The translations under genes and the position numbers were made by a program. From Anthoceros angustus (Eukaryota; Plantae; Anthocerotophyta): 64,000 nt of DNA. The stretch spans positions 248,001 to 312,000 of the forward strand of contig VJWM01000202.1 in assembly GCA_010909165.1 (NCBI GenBank), read 5' to 3'. The first letter of the stretch is position 1; every line of letters starts with the position of its first letter. Below, one piece after another: positions 60,457 through 64,000 of this stretch. Below the pieces are notes generated by a model. It was not told where the DNA came from. It did no database searches and worked only from the letters and a program-made list of their open reading frames with translations.

Positions 60457-62760
60457 TTCGCACGGATAATGGTACTGAGTTTGTGAACACTGCTTTCGAC
60501 GCATTTCTCCAGGAGCATGGAATCCAGCCACCGATCGTGCCCTACACCCAACATGAGTTGGCGTAAAAATCGGACTTTGCTCTCAATGACTCAGATGCTC
60601 TTGTGGGCCTAGCTTACCTCGGGACTTCGGCGAGGCCACATCGTCACCGCCACCTATATCCTCAGCAGTGCTTACCTGTCACTGGCAAGACTCCTTTTGA
60701 AGTCTTGGCGTAAGCCTAGTCTCCTTCATCTTCGGCGTTTTCGGTTCCGAGGCCTATGCTTATATCCCTGCCGAGAAGTGGAAGAAATTGGACAAGGGGG
60801 CTTTCCTCTTTCTGGTACATTAAGCTTGACCAAAACATAAGTTATATGATGCTCGCTCTCGATTACCCTTGCGTAGTGTTACTTTTATCAGGCCGTCCCA
60901 ACTGTTGATTCATCCCCTCTTGGCGCTCTTGCGCTCGGAAGAGTTGGGCCGGTGGGCGACGACTCGATGTCTGTGGTATCCCCAAGATGATGAGCCTCTG
61001 CTTTGTACTGTTGTGCCACCCATGGCTCCTACCGCTCGGAGGATCTCGCATCGAGGGAAGGCAGTCAATCGAGGATGATAGCCATAATAATTCGACAATG
61101 TTGTCCCAGTGAACATCTGGATGATATTGACTTGGCCAAATCCGACTCCTCCGAACTTGCGCAACTGAGCATGTGGCGAACCGAACACGAACTTCGCGTT
61201 CCACTAGGCACGGACCTCCTCACGAGGGATGGAAGGAGCCTCCATATGCCTCTATTGGTGGAGGACTTTTGGAGCTATAGTCGACATTTTACGGCTCTTG
61301 AGCCTCGCTCCTACAAAGAGGCCATCTCATGCAGCGGTCTCAAGTGGAAGGTGGCCGCCGAGGGCGAATATCAATCTCTTATTAAAAAGCGAGACTTGGG
61401 TCCTCACGGATGCACCACAAGGGAAAGCCGATATCTTGTAAGTGGGTGTTCAAGCTAAAATTAAATGCAAAGGGGAAATTGCTAGATACAAAGCTAGACT
61501 TGTAGCAAGAGGCTTCACACAGGTTGAAGGCTTGGATTACCGAGACCTTCTACTGTAGTGCGAACACGATCCATTAGGATCATACTTGCTTTACTGAGCA
61601 CTTGGATCTACAAATGGGCGTGTCTGACCTTCCTCTCACGACACTTGATGAAGAGATTTATATGATGCGACTGAGGATACCGGGACAAGCGTTATCTGGC
61701 AAAGTCCTAAAACTCACTGAAATGCATATATGGGCTAAAACAAAGTGGAAGGTATGGTATATTACCATCCACATTTACTTACTTGAGATTGGTTTTGTTC
61801 AAAGCACGGTGACTCAGCGTATATCGCCTTAGTGAGTGTTGATTTTGTTCTTGGCCTTATGCGTGGGCGGCGTAATTCTATAACAAGCAGTCAAGGCATT
61901 AGCAGAGTTAAGGATATCTTGAGGACCCGATATGACATGAAGGATATCGGGGGCTCGGATACTGAATCTGAATACTTAGGAACGGACATGAAGGTGCAGT
62001 AATAATCCATCAACACAAGTACATAGGAGAAATCCTGCGTAAGTTTAAAATGGATCAAGCCAGCTGCGTCCACTCCATATCGGCGAGAATGAAGCTTACG
62101 ATGGCGATGTCGCGATCGAGAGGAGATCAAAGACATATACGCTATTCCCTATAGGCCTGTAGGCGATCTCATATTTATTTACAAAGCTGGACGGGCGGAT
62201 ATCCAATATCTTGGTTACCGTCACAGTTTACGGCGACAGGAAAAGCCCTTTGGGTTGCGATCAAGCGTGTGTTCGAGATATTTGAAAGAAAACATATGCG
62301 GGCTTATTCTCTGAGCGATGGGTAAAATGCTTACTGGAAGGATTCACGGACGTGGGCATCCGATAGTGATTCGAAGAAAAGTCTCTCAACCTCGCTTCTT
62401 CCTCTCTTGATCAAGCTGGTCTTGTAAAAGCAAACATCCATAGCACTCTCCTCCCAGGAGGCGGTACAAATCACTTAGATGCTTCCAAGGAGGCGGTGGG
62501 GCCTTGACTTCCTCAAGGACCTTGACCGAGCGGATGGCACCTACAAAGTTACATTGTGACAATATGCATTGTGGCAAATCCTAGATTTCATGCACGTACT
62601 AAACATATTGAAATTGACATCACTCGTCGGGGATGTGGTCGAGAGGTGGTTAAAGTGGACTACGTCCATCTGAGAGGACAACGTGCGAGACATCCTCAAA
62701 GGGCTTGCCAAAACACAAGCACTATACATCTTGAGGGTCTTGGGTTGGATTACTACGCCG
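60457..62760 (+). pseudogene. Copia integrase core/C-terminus - RT - RNase H (frameshifted)
   Basis: RTDNGTEFVN..FLQEHGI..VPYT, EPRSYKEA, KARLVARGFTQVEG, LDEEIYM, and ANPRFHARTKHIEID. Confidence 0.92.
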
Positions 62761-64000
62761 CTTGAGGATGGGTCATAGGACTTACTCGGTGGGAGGCGGG
62801 GCCCACAAGTTCCCTAGGTGTGGTGTGGAGTGTCAGTTCACTGCACACCACGTGCATGCACCACAAGCTCATCGGAGGAGTCTAGGATACACGTTAGGTC
62901 ACTTACATAGCGTTGCACACTCCACAGGGAGGCCAGGATGGATGAAGCTAACCTTAGGATTAAATCATCCGTCTTGGCTCTTCAAAGCGGGTTTCACATC
63001 TTGGCTCATCGGTGACAGCAGGATCGGTGTCGGCGGTAACTCGACTCACAATCTGTTCGTGGCAGCCTCAACTTAGGCTGCAGGGCAGGGCTGCATTCGA
63101 AGCGTGGCGTCTTTGGGGTCCTTCGCCACGGAAGCTCCAGCGGGTATGTCCCAGGCGCTCAGGAAGCTATTTAATCTCGACAAGTTCCTCCGGTGAATTG
63201 CGACCCATTCTTGCGCGGTCTGCGCTAGCCCTTGTTCCTGCTGGCGTGGCGTCTCCTTCTCCTTGCCACGTTCTCACGCACATGGCCTCGTCCAGTGTCT
63301 CTTCCGGCTGCGAGTCCTCATGGCGTTGAGGCGGCAGTGCGTGGTGGGCGTGCTCGTGGTGGGAGGCCAAGGAAGATGCCGCAGCAAGCATGTAGTGGAA
63401 TGCCCCGTGCAGAGGTTGGGTTTCGCACAGCGACGAGGCGGTGACAAGGAGCGCTAAGGGTGATCAGGGCAATGTGAACCTCCATTATGCATACATCACT
63501 TACCTAATAGGTGCTTTAGAGGAGTGTTGGATACAAAGCAAACCTATAGTTAAGCAATGCTAGTTAGGGTTAAGTGAGCGTTATTAAGTCAAGTATAAAG
63601 GCACATCTCAAACACATTTTGTATTCATTCTTTATTTGATGAAAGTTTATCTTGTCGCTTGACTTACAAAGCGATCACCTAGTGGGAAGGTAAGTGTGGA
63701 TGCGTGGAGGGCGTCAAGGTAGTCAGAAACGGGTGGAGCGGACGTTGTGGCCGAGGCGCTCGGCGAGCACGTGAGGCGGCAGGCTCAACGTGAGAGCTCC
63801 GGCCAGCCAGTGCTCCAGTGACTTGCCGGATCGTGAGGAGGAAGCACAAAGTCGGTGGCGTGGGGGTGGTTCTCAACCCCGCAGCCGTGACGATGGCAAC
63901 AGATCGACCAAACAGCGTACTCTCTTTGGAGGTAAGAAGGAGAGGGACGGAAACCTTCGTGGAGGATATGTCGTGTCTCGAGGCGAACTTCAACGGAGAA

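Larger units (their letters stand above)
43602..63677 (+). mobile_element. Full-length Ty1/copia LTR retrotransposon interrupted by a Plavaka insertion
   Basis: LTRs 43602-43761 and 63525-63677 (TG..CA, near identical), 5-bp TSD CCTAG at 43597-43601 and 63678-63682, PBS TGGTATCAGAGC at 43762, purine tract TTTAGAGGAG before the 3' LTR. Confidence 0.95.

Overview
Eukaryotic land-plant DNA. Short spliceosomal introns, PPR/F-box/P450 content and the transposon spectrum suggest a non-seed plant such as a Selaginella-like lycophyte; this is an inference. The first ~18 kb is a small gene island. It holds a LINE remnant, an intact 2-exon F-box/kelch gene head-to-head with an intact type-II membrane coiled-coil gene, a probable KDZ transposase relic, two disrupted lectin-like (beta-trefoil) genes and a P450 fragment. 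The rest is a transposon nest. Main points: (1) a ~10 kb Sola-like/DUF7869 DDE transposon region (approx 21.3-31.8 kb) whose transposase is divergently paired with a frameshifted ParB-like + beta-class N4C/N6A DNA methyltransferase gene; (2) a complete Ty1/copia element (43602-63677, CCTAG TSD) inserted next to a gypsy PBS and split inside its integrase by a 13.9 kb Plavaka (CMC/EnSpm-related) DNA transposon with CATCACAAAA TIRs and a 2-bp TT TSD; (3) that Plavaka element carries intron-containing captured host fragments (GCR1, ABC1 kinase, class III peroxidase, PPR), part of them triplicated. Many repeat-derived ORFs are broken by single-base indels that may be consensus errors rather than decay. 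Family assignments come from motif recognition by eye; no database searches were run.
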